Assembly (NCBI GenBank): GCA_013265495.1 | Contig: MU057930.1 | Coordinates: 1,070,057 to 1,134,056, forward strand | Direction of reading: 5' to 3' | DNA length: 64,000 bases | From: Vicugna vicugna | Lineage: Eukaryota | Shown here: positions 51,088 to 64,000 of the stretch, piece by piece | Layout: every line of letters begins with the position of its first letter | Numbering within the stretch: position 1 is the stretch's first letter | Position numbers and translations under genes: made by a program | Notes under the pieces: generated by a model | The model's database searches: none | Seen by the model: only the letters and a program-made list of their open reading frames with translations | Told to the model about the DNA's origin: nothing

Positions 51088-51555
51088 TGTGATGGAAAGA
51101 ACTGGGTCCCTAAAAAAGACAGGTTGACATTCTAAGCCCTTGGTCCCTGTGAATGTGATCTTGTTTTCAAATGAGGTCTTTGAAGATGTAAGTGAGATGC
51201 AGGTTAAGATGAAATCCCCTAAGAGTGGGGTGATCCCCAATCTGACAGGGCTGGCGTCCTTGGAAGAAGAGAGGAAGAAGCGAGGACAGACACACCCAGA
51301 AGAGGAGGCGGCCGTGTGATGATGGAGGAGAGGTGGGAGGGATACGGCCACACGCCGAGGATGGCCAGGGCCCCCGGAAGCTGGAAGAGGGAAGGAGGAA
51401 GGACCCTCCCCTAGGGCCCCCGGAGGGACTGGGGGCCCCGCGGGCACCTTGAATCTGGGTGCCTGCCCTCCAGACCTGTGAGACAACACATTTCTGTCGT
51501 GCTAAGCCACACAGTCCGCGGGACTTTGTCACAGCCGCGCCAAGAAAGGAATGCA
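51088..51555 (+). mobile_element. MaLR solo LTR (MLT1C/D-like), near full length
   Basis: cctgtgaatgtgatcttgttt..gggatacggccacacgcc..ccagacctgtgagacaacacatttctgtcgtgctaagccac..tttgtcacagc..aatgca. Confidence 0.9.
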
Positions 51556-53734
51556 GATTCTGGTGATGTTTGAGGCTAAATGACGGAGTGGGCCTCATGG
51601 TAAGAACGGAGCAGAAAAGCTGGACTCGGTGAGTAAGCAGAAGTGGTCGCCTGACTCTGAGAGAACAGAAAAGGAGACGAGGAGGCTGACGCGGACGCTG
51701 CCGCCCCCAGGACTACTGGAATCACGGTGTCTTTCATCAGTGTAATGAAGAGGGGTTCTGGGAGCATGATGCGTGCACTGCAGGTCATACACGTGAAGAC
51801 TCGGCCGGTGAACTGGAGGAGAAATCCAGCGGGAAATCAAAAAAACCAGCAAGGAGACATCAAAGACCCTTGAGATGACCCCCCCGCCAATGGCGCAAAA
51901 GACAAGCTAACTTAGAAGCCAAAAGAGAAGGGGAGTCCATGGTTATGAGGTGATCAGGAGCCCCGGGTGCACGAGGCGCCTGTGTTGGGAGACCTACACC
52001 TGATCTACAGACCAGCCAAGTCCCACCATTAAGTCCCCATTCTGAGAAGAAGCAAATCGGGAAAAGAACTTCCATCTTCGTTCTCCCGGGCCAGGGGTTC
52101 AGGTCACCTGAAAGCTAAACTGATGGCCGGTGCAGACCTTCTGGAAGGCCATGAACCTCCTACCGAACAGGAGCTTTAGAAGACGCATTTTGTCCTGCGG
52201 TTACCGTCACAGAGAGTCTGACGCACCTGTTCATGGGGACTTGCTCTTGGGATAAAAATTCTAGATTCTCTCCTGCCCTTGAACTTCCCATGGGAAGCTT
52301 ATTTCCTGAGGATGGTTTCATTCATGTCTACATACTATTTAGTAGACAACAGAGTTTTTCCACCCAAGGAGGAAGCTTATACGATTTTTTTTCCAGGTCA
52401 GGATGTCATTTTTCGAGGTCGGGCGAGTAGCGGTTGGCTACTGTGGTCTCTGAGGCCAAGTCCGTGTCCCAAGACACGCTGAGCTCAGCCTGCTTTCCAT
52501 CCTGCTGCATTGGCTCATGACGCCCGGCGCCTTCCTGCATTTTCCGGATTCCCGTCCAGGTGGCGTTGTTACGCTGTAAGAGCGCCTTCTTCGGCATCCC
52601 TGTAACATGTTTTGCTCTCCTGCCAGGCATTTTAAAGGAGAAGGTGTGCTGTCTCTTCGGGGTCCATCTATCCTCTTAGCACAAGGAGTACGCCTCCTGC
52701 TTTTGTGACAACTGCCCGGCTTTCAACGTCGGCCTCTGGCTCAGCGTTTGAGGGGGGTCTCTCCCACCAGTCCCTTGAGCTCTCAGAGTCTGGAATTACT
52801 CCCTAAAGGAGCAATGCCACTTGTCTTCTTGTGAGTGCCAGGAATCATGCAAGCCACACCCCACGAAGAACGTACCAGCCCTGATTTCGCATCGTGGTTA
52901 TTTCCGGCATCAAGTGTCCGTCTGTAAATGGTGTTTGAAGAGCAGGCACTTTTTCTTTGATGATGATGGTCATGACTGCGTGATGAAAATAGTGAAGTGG
53001 CAGTCATCCTTGGAGACTCCTGGCTTCCATGTCACATGCATACGTCTAATATTTTTAAAAACAAAGGCTTGAGACGCTGCAGTGGCTTGGCAGATAGATC
53101 CTCGCTGTCTCCTTCGTGTGCTTTGTGGTCTTTACTGAGTTAAGATGACTGGATTTCCTGGTGCACCATTTTGGAAATGGCGTTCTGGCGGTGTGGCAGG
53201 ATCCCGACTCTTGAGCAGGGGTTCCTTAGAAGAGCATCCTGGCTTCCTCCAAATCTTTGCTTGTCGGATAACCAGCAGCACCCCAGGAGACAGCCAGCGC
53301 TGAACGAGCTACCCTTTAGAACAGCCTGGATCAGCCCGCGGCAAGAGGCGTTTTTCCCCCCCGTTTGAGTGTTCAGCAGTCGAGCTGGCAAGAGAAAAAA
53401 AATCTCCGGATGCCATGCAAAGTCTCCGGGTTGACCGTGTCGTGCCTTTTAGGTCCAAACACACATTCACAATTACCAGGAGCCTCAAAAGTCTGGGCAC
53501 AGGCAAAGACGAGCCCCACGTGGAGCTGAGCGTCTCACAGAGCTGCACAGAGAGCCTTCGCCAGGTGCTGAAAGGCCCCTTCCCTGTTTCAGAGAAGGTT
53601 TCTTGTGAATCTGCGCATCGAAGTGCAGTCAAGAGGCATTCCCTACACTGCCAAGCCATCCTGAGCATGCAGACGGCGTTCATTTTGAGGTCTCCCATTG
53701 CTCTGAGTTTTGATGAAATATTCCTTTGTCTTTC

Positions 53735-53995
53735 ACAGGTTCTGATGGCTCTGGATGTTCCTGGGCTGAGGGCTGCCTCATTGCAGCCTCCGCCTGTGTC
53801 TTCACGTGGCCTCTGCTTTGTGTCTCTGTCTCTCTTCTTATACGAATACGTCAGTGGATGTAGTTGCTCCAGGATACATTGAAACTGATCTCATCTCACG
53901 AACTTTAATGAATTATATCTGTAAGACCCCAATAGCAGGAAGGTCCCATTCTGATGTTCAGGGTGGAGGTGGACTTAAGGGGACACTGTCCAAAG
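53735..53995 (-). mobile_element. MaLR LTR fragment (MLT1D/E-like)
   Basis: tgtcttcacgtggcctct; gatctcatctc..ttatatctgtaagaccc..aaggtcccattctga. Confidence 0.8.
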
Positions 53996-54199
53996 CCAGT
54001 AAAGCTGCCAGGAGGCAATGGTGAAGCCAGCAAGAGGGACCAGAGGCAAAGAGAGAGAGTGCAGGATTGGGCCACAAAGAACGCCTACAGGACACGCATG
54101 ACTGCTGGGAGTAGAGCTCAGTGAAGAAGGAAAACAGGAGAGACGTGTTTCAGGTGCTCAGAAAGGGGACGGACTCAGAGACGAGGACAGATCCATTTC

Positions 54200-54390
54200 G
54201 AAGAAGGGAATGGGGAGTTATCATCTGATGGGGACAGAATCTCAGTTTCACAAGATGAAAACAGCTCTGGAGATGGGTGGGGGCGATGTCTATGTAAAAT
54301 GAATGTATTTAATATCCCGGCCCTGCACGCTGAAAAATGGATAAAAGCGTTCATGTTTCAGTGCATTTTCCCACCATCAAACAGAAAAAA
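54200..54390 (+). mobile_element. L1MB-type terminal 3' tail
   Basis: ggaatggggagtta..acagaatctcagttt..aagatgaaaa..ctctggagatgg. Confidence 0.8.
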
Positions 54391-56649
54391 TACAATACAT
54401 TGAAGACAAAGGTTTCTCAGCTTCAAAGTGCCCCAGGTCTTTATTACCTCCGGCCAGACAAGTTTCGGCAATTTTGGGAAATGTTCTGAGTCACAGCCCC
54501 TGTCTCAGCATGGAGTTCCTTTTTTATTTTTTTTTAATTTTGGTCTCATCTCAACCAAGAAGAGTTTTAGGCTGCGGCGTGTCTTATGAATAGCACTGAG
54601 TCGTGGTAACATTCAAGGAGTCTAGAAAGATGAACCAGTGATTTAGAGAGAGAAGGCGGAGGAGGGGAGGACATAAAATTGCCAATGCCACCTTAAAATG
54701 AAATTCCTTACCCCAAGCGTTGGTGAGGGAAATATAAAGACCGGACAGGAGGGGAAGCACAGAGGAAGAGACAGTTCTCTCGGTGCTGGGCGCTTGTCTT
54801 CTGCCGTTTAAGGGAAGGCACGATTTTGCCCTTAGTCACTGATCTAAAATGGACAATCGTTCTTACGACCAGATTCCAGAATTCACTTGCGGGACGCCTT
54901 GCGTGAAGAAGCTTCATTCAGGGCAAAAGCCTAGAAAAGCCAGCGTGGTGGGGAACTGGCAGCTGGATGGGCAAGTGGACTGAAAATGTAATCGGAATGC
55001 AAATGAAGGACGATTAAACACTTTCCACATTTTAATCACTGCCATATGCTTACTTTTGGTTTGTACTGGATCTTCTATAAATCATGACCGGCTACTGAGA
55101 CCGATCGTGTGCATCATTATCGCACAATGGACCTCCCGGCGGACCTCACTCCCCTACTCAAGGGTAACGCGGCTCGCTCAGGGAGCCGTGATTTATACTC
55201 AGCGCGGCCCTTTCGAACAGGACAGCGCAGACTCTCCGTCTCGAAGGGCACACCTCATTACAGAGACACGAAGAAAGAACGGTGATGCTTAATCTAACAG
55301 AGACGTCAGTGAGCTACCATCATCATTTTGAATGAAATACACTCCACTGGAAACGACCAGTGTCCATTCACTGAGGTACAGACGGTGTGATTCCTAAAGA
55401 AAGAAATGGCTGTTATTTACGAAAACGCCTTTGTTTCACGACACCGGAATGATGACATGAAGATGTTATTCGATATCAGAAGCAGAGAGGAAAGGCGGGT
55501 GCCACAAAGAAGGAGATAAAATAGAAATCTTTTTTTTTTTTTGTCCCGTTTGGCGTGCGGAGATTTGCAAATGAGCCAAACAGCCGAGAAGAAATGAGTT
55601 CAGAAGGTGCACGCGATTATGCTGGGGCCAAGTTCGCTCTGAGCCCATCACGGGTTTCTTAAGGTGGTGGCTCACAATTAATCACATTTAATTACACCCA
55701 TTATGGTTGGTGTTCCAAGGGGTCACTTGTGCATCTTACAGACTTAGGAGTTTAATTACCGAGCAGCTTTTTCTTATAAAATGAGCGATGCCTCACGTCA
55801 TCAAAATACTCACACAGAAATACCGAGACAGATGCATGACTATGTTTACACATACATATATATATGGAAAGAGAGAGGCTGTCATGCACACGTTTGAGGA
55901 CCTTCACAGAATTTCATGGATGAGAAAGCAAGACGCACCCATTAGCATCTGCATCAAGCACCATGAGCATCTTCCTGGATTGTAATCTGCATTTCTGGGA
56001 ATTGATGGGCTATGTACTGGGTTGCAATGAGGCTAATGATTTAGCTCATTAATTCCAGAAAGCTGGCTCAACGTGTATAAAAATAAGAGCTATGTCACAG
56101 TTACCTCTGATGGACACATTTCTTAAGCTTTAGACCCCAGACACCTCGAACAATGCAAAATGAATATTCCAAGAAAACATAAAAGGACCTGTAAAAAAAA
56201 ATCCATTTTTAAACTGGAGGCAAAGATTTAGAAGTAGAAATTGCAGTATTTAGTCATATGTATCATTATTATATGCTAAATATTTGTGTGTTACATATAG
56301 AGAGAAATTATAATTGTGATTATAATTTAAGCATAAGTTAAAAAAAAGCCATTCGTGATCATAAAGCAGAATATGTCATTCCTATGAATATGTTTAACAG
56401 GAAATATTTATGAATTAGATGGAAAAACAGGGACTACCAGAGTACTCGTTTACAGAGACCGGTAAACGTTAGCTGTGGGTAACGGGACATCGCCCGCCTT
56501 AAAACACACGCATTTCTGCTGCATGTTAGTGTTTTCGGCTCAACAGTCACTCCCAATCCCTCGGCCACACTCACTGCTCATGGTGAAGCTGTGGAAGTTC
56601 AGAATCGGTGCTTTGCGCAGAATGACCATGTGACGGAGCAATTCCACTC

Positions 56650-57150
56650 CAACAGAAACAAAGTGTGCGCTCAAACGTTTGCACACACACACGTTCTCAG
56701 CAGCGTAACGTCACAGCAACCAGAAGGAGGAGGCAACCCCAGCGCCTGCCCACGCACAGATGGAGGGATAAAGAAAAGATGGTCTGTGTGTAGAACGGAG
56801 TACTGCTCAGCGATCCGCAGGGACCAAGCACCGATGTGCACGGATGAACTTGGAAAACGTTATGGTGAATGAAGGAGTGCATTCACCAAGACCACATATT
56901 GCATGATTCTGCTTATAAGAGAATTCTAGAACAGGGGAGGAAGTAGACCCGAGGTTGCTGGGGTCTGGGGGCTGGGCAATGGTAGGGGTGGTGCTAGTGG
57001 CTAGGGTTGCTGCTCTGGGTGATGAAAACTGTTCTGGAACTGGAAAATACTACTATACTCTCATCTTATAAATACACTAAAAGCTACTGAATGATACATT
57101 GCAAAATAGTAAATGTTATGGTATGTGACTCAAATCTCAAAAAAAAAAAA
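56650..57150 (+). mobile_element. L1MB-type 3' end, GC-shifted in its 5' half
   Basis: ggatgaacttggaaaacgttatg..gaccacatattgcatgattc..ggtgatgaaaactgttctggaact..tgttatggtatgtg + poly-A. Confidence 0.85.
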
Positions 57151-57429
57151 TTCATGATGATAGAATTCATTGGAGTGAACTATGGTGAGGTGGCCTTGCA
57201 AGACCAGGAAAGTAGGAGAAATTACTCATTCATATTTGACTCCAGTAAGTAAAGAAAGCATATTTTAATCTCAGCCATCTGTAATGAAGGAACGGTAAAA
57301 TGATCTGTAACAAGCTAATAGGTGGCTGTCAAAATAGGAATATTAATTTCAAGCAGGAGAAAAGTTATTGATAGATGGCGTGGTGCAGAAGGCAAGGGAA
57401 CACAGGCTCAAAAAAATGACTAACCATAC

Positions 57430-60400
57430 AGCAAGCTTCATTAAATACGTCAGTAATCACACTGGCTATTTAAGGTCACAATATCCCAATTTCTATGAAA
57501 AGAAAAATTCTTAGGCTAGATTAAAAAACAAAATCCAATTATGGCACCTACAGTATCAATATCTTAAGTTTGTAAGAGTAACAATATTTTAAGTAGAAGA
57601 ATACGGGGGAAAAAAAAAAACGTATGTCATGCAGGCATTAACCAAAGTCATTTGCTGTGATTATTCTAGTCTTACACTAGGCAGGGTTCAGGGCAGAACT
57701 GTGAGAAAAATAAGACTTTATAAAGCAAAATGACCAGTCCAGTAGAGACATAACTATTGCAATTTACACGCGTGTAAATGACAAAGTTCAAAAAAACACA
57801 AATTGGCTAAAATAAAGGAAAAGATGGAGTTATCCAAAATCAGAGTGGGTGATTTGAACACAATGGCTGTACGAAGTGACAGAAATTTATGGGGGGAAAT
57901 AACAGTAAGGATAAAGAGGATTTCAGTGATAGCTCAAAAAAATCACTCAAACTGATTGAACCAAAAGTACAGAGTGTGCACTCTGTTTAAGTACATTTCG
58001 AACAATCATGTGACGTGAGAAATACGCTGGAACATAATTCATGCTGACACACTGACTGAATTTTATAATCCACGTCCTGCGGTCTCAGTAAAATGAGAAA
58101 ACAGAAGCATTAAAACAAATTTCCAATTATTTGAAAATGAAGCAATGCCTTTCCAAATAACGGACTGGTCAAAGAAGCAATCACAGTATAAATTAGAAAA
58201 AGAAAAAACTCTGAACTAGGTAGTAATGAAAGTACAATGCGTGAAAGCAAGTTGTAAAGAGCTTCAACTGAATTCTTTTCAAAATATACCCACAGTTGGT
58301 ACGTATGTCAGAAAACGGGAGAGACTGGAAAACAATTTTTGAGTTTCCTTTCTCATGCAAATGGAAGAACAAATAAAAACAGCCCCAAACAGCGAATATA
58401 ATCCAAAGATCACACATATAATTCAGAGGAGGCATTAACAAAACCACAATAATAAAATAAACAGACGGAATTAACCGTGCCACAGTTATTTTTTTTCCCT
58501 AAGAATCATGTAATTTATAAACTTCTCCTTGGACTATACCAGAATCAAGGAAAGATGACACCATTACTAAAATAAGAAATACCAAAGGCGACTTCTGTAT
58601 ACATACCAGCAGCGGTAAGGATATATTAAAAGAATACCATTGGCGAATTTATGCTAATTTAACTGAAAATGTGGAAAACAACACGAACACACTTTACAAA
58701 TTACAAAAACTTGACGATGAAACAATGGAAGCTCAACGACCTCTATTAACATCACAGCTACTCGCTCTTTTTACAAAAAGCTTTCACGAAAGAAAACCCC
58801 CAGCTCAATGAAATGAAATGAATGCTGTGGTGAATTCTTCCAGGTGATGGAGAGAAAAACACATCCCCGTCTATTTCATGAGGACAACATGACCCTAATA
58901 CCAAATCTGAAATGGCATTAAATAAAACTTCCTTCACACAGAGAGAGGCAAATATGGTAGATGAGATATTAGCGACTTAAACCCAGCGGCATGTATACAA
59001 GGAGTAAGGCGTCTTGTTTAAGTGGCGTTTGTTTGAGGAAGGCAAGACTGATTGAACATTTTAAATCCTCAATATAATTCTGCACAGAACAGAAGGAAAA
59101 AAAAAAAACATGATCTTCTTAAGAGATGGAGATAAAACACTTGACAAATATCCATCACTGAAGTCAATAAAAAGTCTTAACTGTGAATAGAAGAAAACTT
59201 TCTCATCAAAAAGGGTATTTCCCGTATCTGCACAACTAACATTATTCTTAATGATTTCTTATTAAAGCTCTTCCATAAATATCTGAAATGGGACAAAGAT
59301 ATCCATTGTCATGACTTTATCATTCCTACATATCATACTGGAGTTTAAAAATTTTTTTTAGTTTGTAAAACAAATTTTGAATGCATATATATATGTACTA
59401 CTCAAAATAAATATATGTGTATATTATTTTAAGTGAAATATATTATTCACAGAAGCCATGATCAGCTACATATAAAATTTAAAAGAATTTATCTACCAAC
59501 CTACCTATCTATCCATCTGTCTGTCTATCTATCTATCTATCTATCTCATTAGAAATAATAAGCTAATTTAGTGAGGTGTCTGGATACAAAGCGATATAAA
59601 ACCATCAACTTCTGTATGACAGAGAAGCAAAAAAAATTAATTGAATAATGAAACAGTTTGTTAAAACATCTAAATATCAAATATTTGCAGACAAATCTGA
59701 GATACACTAGCCATTCACACTCCAACCTGCAAAATATTATTGTGAGAAAATAAGAATCCACATAAATGGAGAACTCTATCCTGTTCATGAGTCAGGACGA
59801 CATTGTCTCCCCAAGTTTACAAAGTCAGCCTGATCTCCTTAAAAAATCATCTCAGCGGATTATAAAATGCCTATTGGCAAATTGCTCGCAAAACTCATAT
59901 GGAAACATAGAGGAAGTTGCGTACCTAAGGCATCTTGGAATTTCAGGACAGCACTAAAAGATACATACAACCAGCTGTCTCTAAGTTACCACAGTTAGAT
60001 GGTGTTTTCTTGCCACAAATGTAAACTGATGAGGCATGAAACAGAACAGAGAAAAGCAGATCCAATCTGTGACAGCAGGTCTAGGACACCTTTGACAGCA
60101 AGATGCAACCAGAAACACGGCTCTTTACAATAGATGGCTCTTCTTCAACAGGACACCCAGGTGGGCGGGCAGGGGGGTGGGGATATGCATTGGTATGACT
60201 AGGTAACATCTTTTACATAAATCCATTCTAGTATATTTACGTGCCCAATATCAAATAATGACGGTTTTAGGAGAAAACAGGAAATATCTTCATGACACTG
60301 ATCAGACAAAATTCCTCAAATAGGGCACAGTCATGATAACCATGGTGGAAAATGCAGATCAACTGCACTCAAATAAAATTAAGGTCTTCCATTTATCAAA

Positions 60401-60519
60401 GAAGCCGTTACAAGAGTGAAAACACAGCCCGCCAAGTGGGAAAATGTAAGTTTCATAGATATGTCCAGTGAACGATTCTTCCTTTTCTTTCTTTCTCTCT
60501 CTCTCTCTGGCTGGCTGTC

Positions 60520-60562
<43 letters not shown>

Positions 60563-61600
60563 TCTATCCATCCAATCTATCTATCATCCATCCAATCTAT
60601 TATCCATCCATCCATCATCCATCCATCCAACCATCCATCCACCCAACTATCCATCCTCCATCCAACCTGTCTATCTATACATCCATCCATCTATCCATCC
60701 ATCCAATCTATCTATCCATCCATCTATCCATCATCCATCCTCTATCCAACCTGTCTATCCTTCCATCCAATCTATCCATCCATCCATCTAATCTATCTAT
60801 CCATCCATCTAATCTATACATCCATCCATCCAATCTATCTATCTATCCATCCATCTAATCTATCCATCCATTCATCTTCTGTCCAACCTGTGTATCCATC
60901 CATCCATCCATCCTTCTAACTCTCGACCTAAGTAACCATCCGTCCCTCCTATTAAAACTCCATGAAAAGACACACATTCCAGTGTAAGTGTGGAAATTCA
61001 AATGCCAACCAGAACAAAAATATGAACACATCTTCAACATTACTTATCAAGATAACGGAATTTAAGACAAAATGATACCATGATGCTCTCATGGAAAGAC
61101 TAGGAATCAGATGGCAGGAGGCAGCAAGCATTAGTGAAGTGGCAGATACCCTGGAAGTTTCTGACACAACTAGTAAAAGAGTAACCTGGTGCAGACCCTT
61201 TGTAAAATCTGGTCTTAACATGTTGCAATAGAGCAACTCCATTCTTTAGTATCAACCCCTAGGAACACAGAGATACATTTGCCAGAAAGCATCCCTAAGA
61301 ATGGGCTTAGGACTTGTGCACAATAGCCACATACCAGAAAGAAACCAGACAGTGGAAACAACAGACATTTCCATCAACATGAGAGTGGGGGAAAAAAAAA
61401 AAAGAGGAAAATCCTCATACTGGAATTCTGTGTTTCATATCCAGCTGCGTGAAACAATGTGAACCAGGGTCACAAACACACAGAAAGAATCCACTTGCCA
61501 AAAAAGCATACTTGGTTAGCTTCCAACTTCACGAAATGTAACAAAAACAGACAAAAGAGCACTTGAGTGTTAGAACTCAGGTGCGTGGCGACCTAGGGAG
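57430..61600 (+). mobile_element. Long ancient L1M (ORF2 through 3' end), heavily decayed, interrupted by simple repeats
   Basis: Colinear remnants: EN (agtgggtgatttgaacaca), aaataacggactggtcaaagaagcaatc, RT (tgaccctaataccaaatc; gggacaaagatatccattgtca), gtgtctggatacaaa, C-terminus (gcaactccattctt..; caatagcc). Confidence 0.75.
60480..60945. repeat. (CT)n + (ATCC/ATCT)n tract
   Basis: Directly visible. Confidence 0.95.
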
Positions 61601-62329
61601 TGAGGACAGACGCCAAATACAAGAATCCTGCACGCAAAGTGCTTTCCAAGATCGCTTCCACCCACTTAAAAGGAAATGAAAAAAAATCAGTAACAGTCAG
61701 TGCTGTTTGACAGGAGTGGTTCACGCCAGAGACCCAGTTCCCACCCTGCAGGGAGCAGTTAGCGGTAACAACCCGAACTGACGTTTAATCCCACCCCTGC
61801 AGCAAGGAAAGCCAACGTGCTGATAATAGGTATTACGGGTTAAAGGGAAAGGCATGATTTCAATTCCAAAAAAAAAAAAAAAGATTATGAATGGGAGGGG
61901 TCTTGTTTGTGAGTCTAACAGTGGGGAAAGGGCCACAAAAGGCATTTCCCTGCTGACCTTTTCTGAAATACATCTTTTAGGTATTCCGAATGAGCGTGTC
62001 TTCAGTTTCCAATGGGACACCATCCCATTGTTTGCAAGTATTTAATGATACGACCAGGGTGGGGGGCACATACTTTTACGGTGACACCCCCTCCTGCCCA
62101 ACACAACACAGGTGAGGACGGTCACTGTGGTTGGCCAGGCAGGAAGTCCTCTGTCTCTCTCCCCCTTTAGCTGCCCCCCGCCTCCTCTGTCTGTCGCAGA
62201 GTCACCTCCCTGGGGAACCCGCAGCCCGGCCACCCCGTCTGTCTGACTCTGCGAGAGACGTGCCTCCCCTCCTGTCCATGGCGTGGTAATGGCTGCTCAC
62301 TCCAAGGGCTCCCAGGCGGTGCCTCTGTA

Positions 62330-62458
62330 GGAGGTAATGTTGGAAGTTGCATTAACTGCATGAGGCCACCAGGCGACCGTTTGAGACGCCAGTGCAGTCA
62401 TTTCCCATAAAGTACCTTAATGGCCTGAAAAAGTTAATGCAGCTCTCAAATTGCCTCT
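62330..62458 (+). other. Long imperfect inverted repeat / hairpin
   Basis: Arms 62330-62357 and 62432-62458 pair with 1 bulge, 1 mismatch and several G:U; inner aggcca/tggcct stem. Confidence 0.75.
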
Positions 62459-62739
62459 GTTGCAAAGAGAGAACTGTACACTGGAAAGAACTGGACTCCC
62501 TTGCTTCTCCCACACAAGCAGCAGAAATGTCACCAGCGCCTGCTGTTTACCGAGGGACAAGGTGCTAAGCTGAACGCTAATTAAACGGGTGCAGGTCCGG
62601 CTGAGGATCCAGTGAGCGGGAATTGGAGAAGCAAGCCCAGAAAGAAACTCGGCAACACGGAGAATGAGAACAGAAGTTGGCCGTGTTTTCTCATCCCCCT
62701 ACGTGGAAATGAGGCTTCCTTTCCGGGGGCCACTCTGAA

Positions 62740-62810
62740 GCCGAGATGAAGGAGTACATTTAAAAGTGCTTAGAAAACTGCATGACACTTAGTAGGAGTT
62801 TAATGAGCAT
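62740..62810 (+). mobile_element. MIR 3' fragment
   Basis: taaaagtgcttagaaaactgcatgacacttagtagg..taat. Confidence 0.5.
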
Positions 62811-62929
62811 GTGAAACCCTTAGGAATTCAGTAAGTAGCTCTGAGTGCTGTCTGAGAGTCACAACCCCTGCTGCCTGTTTGGAAGACACATCTGATATGA
62901 GCACCCATCCCCGTGGTTCTGAATCCAGA

Positions 62930-63100
62930 TGAGATTGGACCACTTGTCATGGTCACAGCTCAGGGAGAGGGTGCTACTGGCATCCAGTGAGAAGAAGCAG
63001 GGATGCTGCCATAAACACTCTGCAGTGCTGGGGGCATACCCTGCAAACAAATGAATAGTCTGTCCATGATATTAATACTGTCGCGCTTGAGAATCCTGAC
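62930..63100 (+). mobile_element. MER20-like hAT-Charlie fragment
   Basis: gggtgctactgggcatccagtg..cagggatgctgc..aaaca..aatactg..ttgagaatcctg. Confidence 0.75.
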
Positions 63101-63589
63101 CTTGCAGATGGTTTGTTTTTGTTTGTTTTTTTTTTAACAAAACTCAGCAATTCTGGAAGCTGCCAAAGAGAAGTATTCGAGAGAGGAGAAGAAGAGAGTT
63201 ATCAAGTAGTCAAGCAATGTTTTTCTTCTTAAACTGATCCTTCGTGCCAGGACTAACCAAATTTATCATCCCTCCTGAAATGATCTGACAAGAAATGCTG
63301 AGACCAAGCTGATCTAGGGAAATAGCTTCCATTTTTCGTACTCCCGCGAGTTTGTGCCAGGCCAGTCGGAATTCCAACATCCCCAACCTCACCCCTGCTG
63401 AAAGGCTGAAGAGGAGGAGGTATTTACACCCTCTCGCACACCTGCAGGTTTTAGTGCAAGTGCCTGGTTAACTCACTGGGTGATTCTTTCAGCAATGGTG
63501 CACGTTCACGAAACAGCTTAGCTCACTGGGCCCATGTCTATGTAGGATTTGATATTCGCCCAGCTGACCACAAGGGGCACCTTCTTCAC

Positions 63590-63703
63590 GTTATGGCTTG
63601 ACGTGTGTCGTCCATAAAGGTATGTGGAGACTGTAACCTCCAGGACGATGCACGTGACCTGATTTGTCACACTTTGTTACAGCAGCACCGGGCAATCAAT
63701 GCA
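63590..63703 (+). mobile_element. Miniature MLT1 LTR remnant (both termini, centre deleted)
   Basis: Start gttatggcttgacgtgtgtc..tatgtggag..taacctccag..gtgacctgattt joined to the end motif actttgttacagcagcac..aatgca. Confidence 0.65.
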
Positions 63704-64000
63704 CTTGAAAAATCTGTTTTTCTTCTCTAAAAAGCCAGTGCTGTTTTGTGACTTTAATTTGATGAAACCCATACACATACCCAGATGACTTCCTTGAGCA
63801 AATTCAAATTGATGCAGAAATGGTAGCAAATACTTAGTTTAAAAATTCCACCTGGCGCGTGGATTTCCTTCCAGCCATAGTATGTGTGTGTTTTTTTTAA
63901 ATAAAACAAAAGCTCAGATTTAAAAAAAAAAAGCCTGTGTATTGTGAAATGGTAATACTTCAAATCTATAACTTCAAGGGGGAGGATGAATAAAGAGGCC

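Noticed and set aside
50986..53882. GC/CpG-richer zone with several 130-170-aa ORFs; possible promoter or exon
   Set aside because: Partly MLT1 LTRs; no recognisable protein, splice structure or GC-box-dense island. Better explained by the regional GC shift.

Overview
Mammalian, almost certainly camelid (alpaca/camel lineage), non-coding DNA. The evidence is tRNA-Ala(AGC)-derived SINEs of the vic-1 type, young L1 3' ends and an internally deleted Tigger1 of the Tigger1a_Art kind. I find no supportable protein-coding exon. The long ORFs in the track are L1 ORF1/ORF2 remnants or read-through of simple repeats. A large part of the window is interspersed repeat (L1 of many ages, L2, MIR, MLT1, an ERV solo LTR, Tigger1, MER20) plus large (ATCC/ATCT)n tracts and minisatellites. 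The most interesting signals are: (1) local patches where old repeats have been rewritten AT->GC and gained CpGs, the footprint expected from GC-biased gene conversion in a high-recombination region; (2) a 71-nt pre-miRNA-sized hairpin at 25007-25077 and a ~130-nt G:U-rich hairpin at 62330-62458; (3) a 58-bp unique segment copied 1269 bp away; (4) a bipartite CTCF site; (5) several unusual retrotransposition products (HAL1-like element, SINE-L1 chimera, ultra-short L1 with later tandem duplication, internally deleted mini-L1). I see no evidence of a novel protein-coding system. Repeat subfamily names come from recalled consensus similarity and need RepeatMasker/Dfam confirmation. Boundaries of old elements are approximate.
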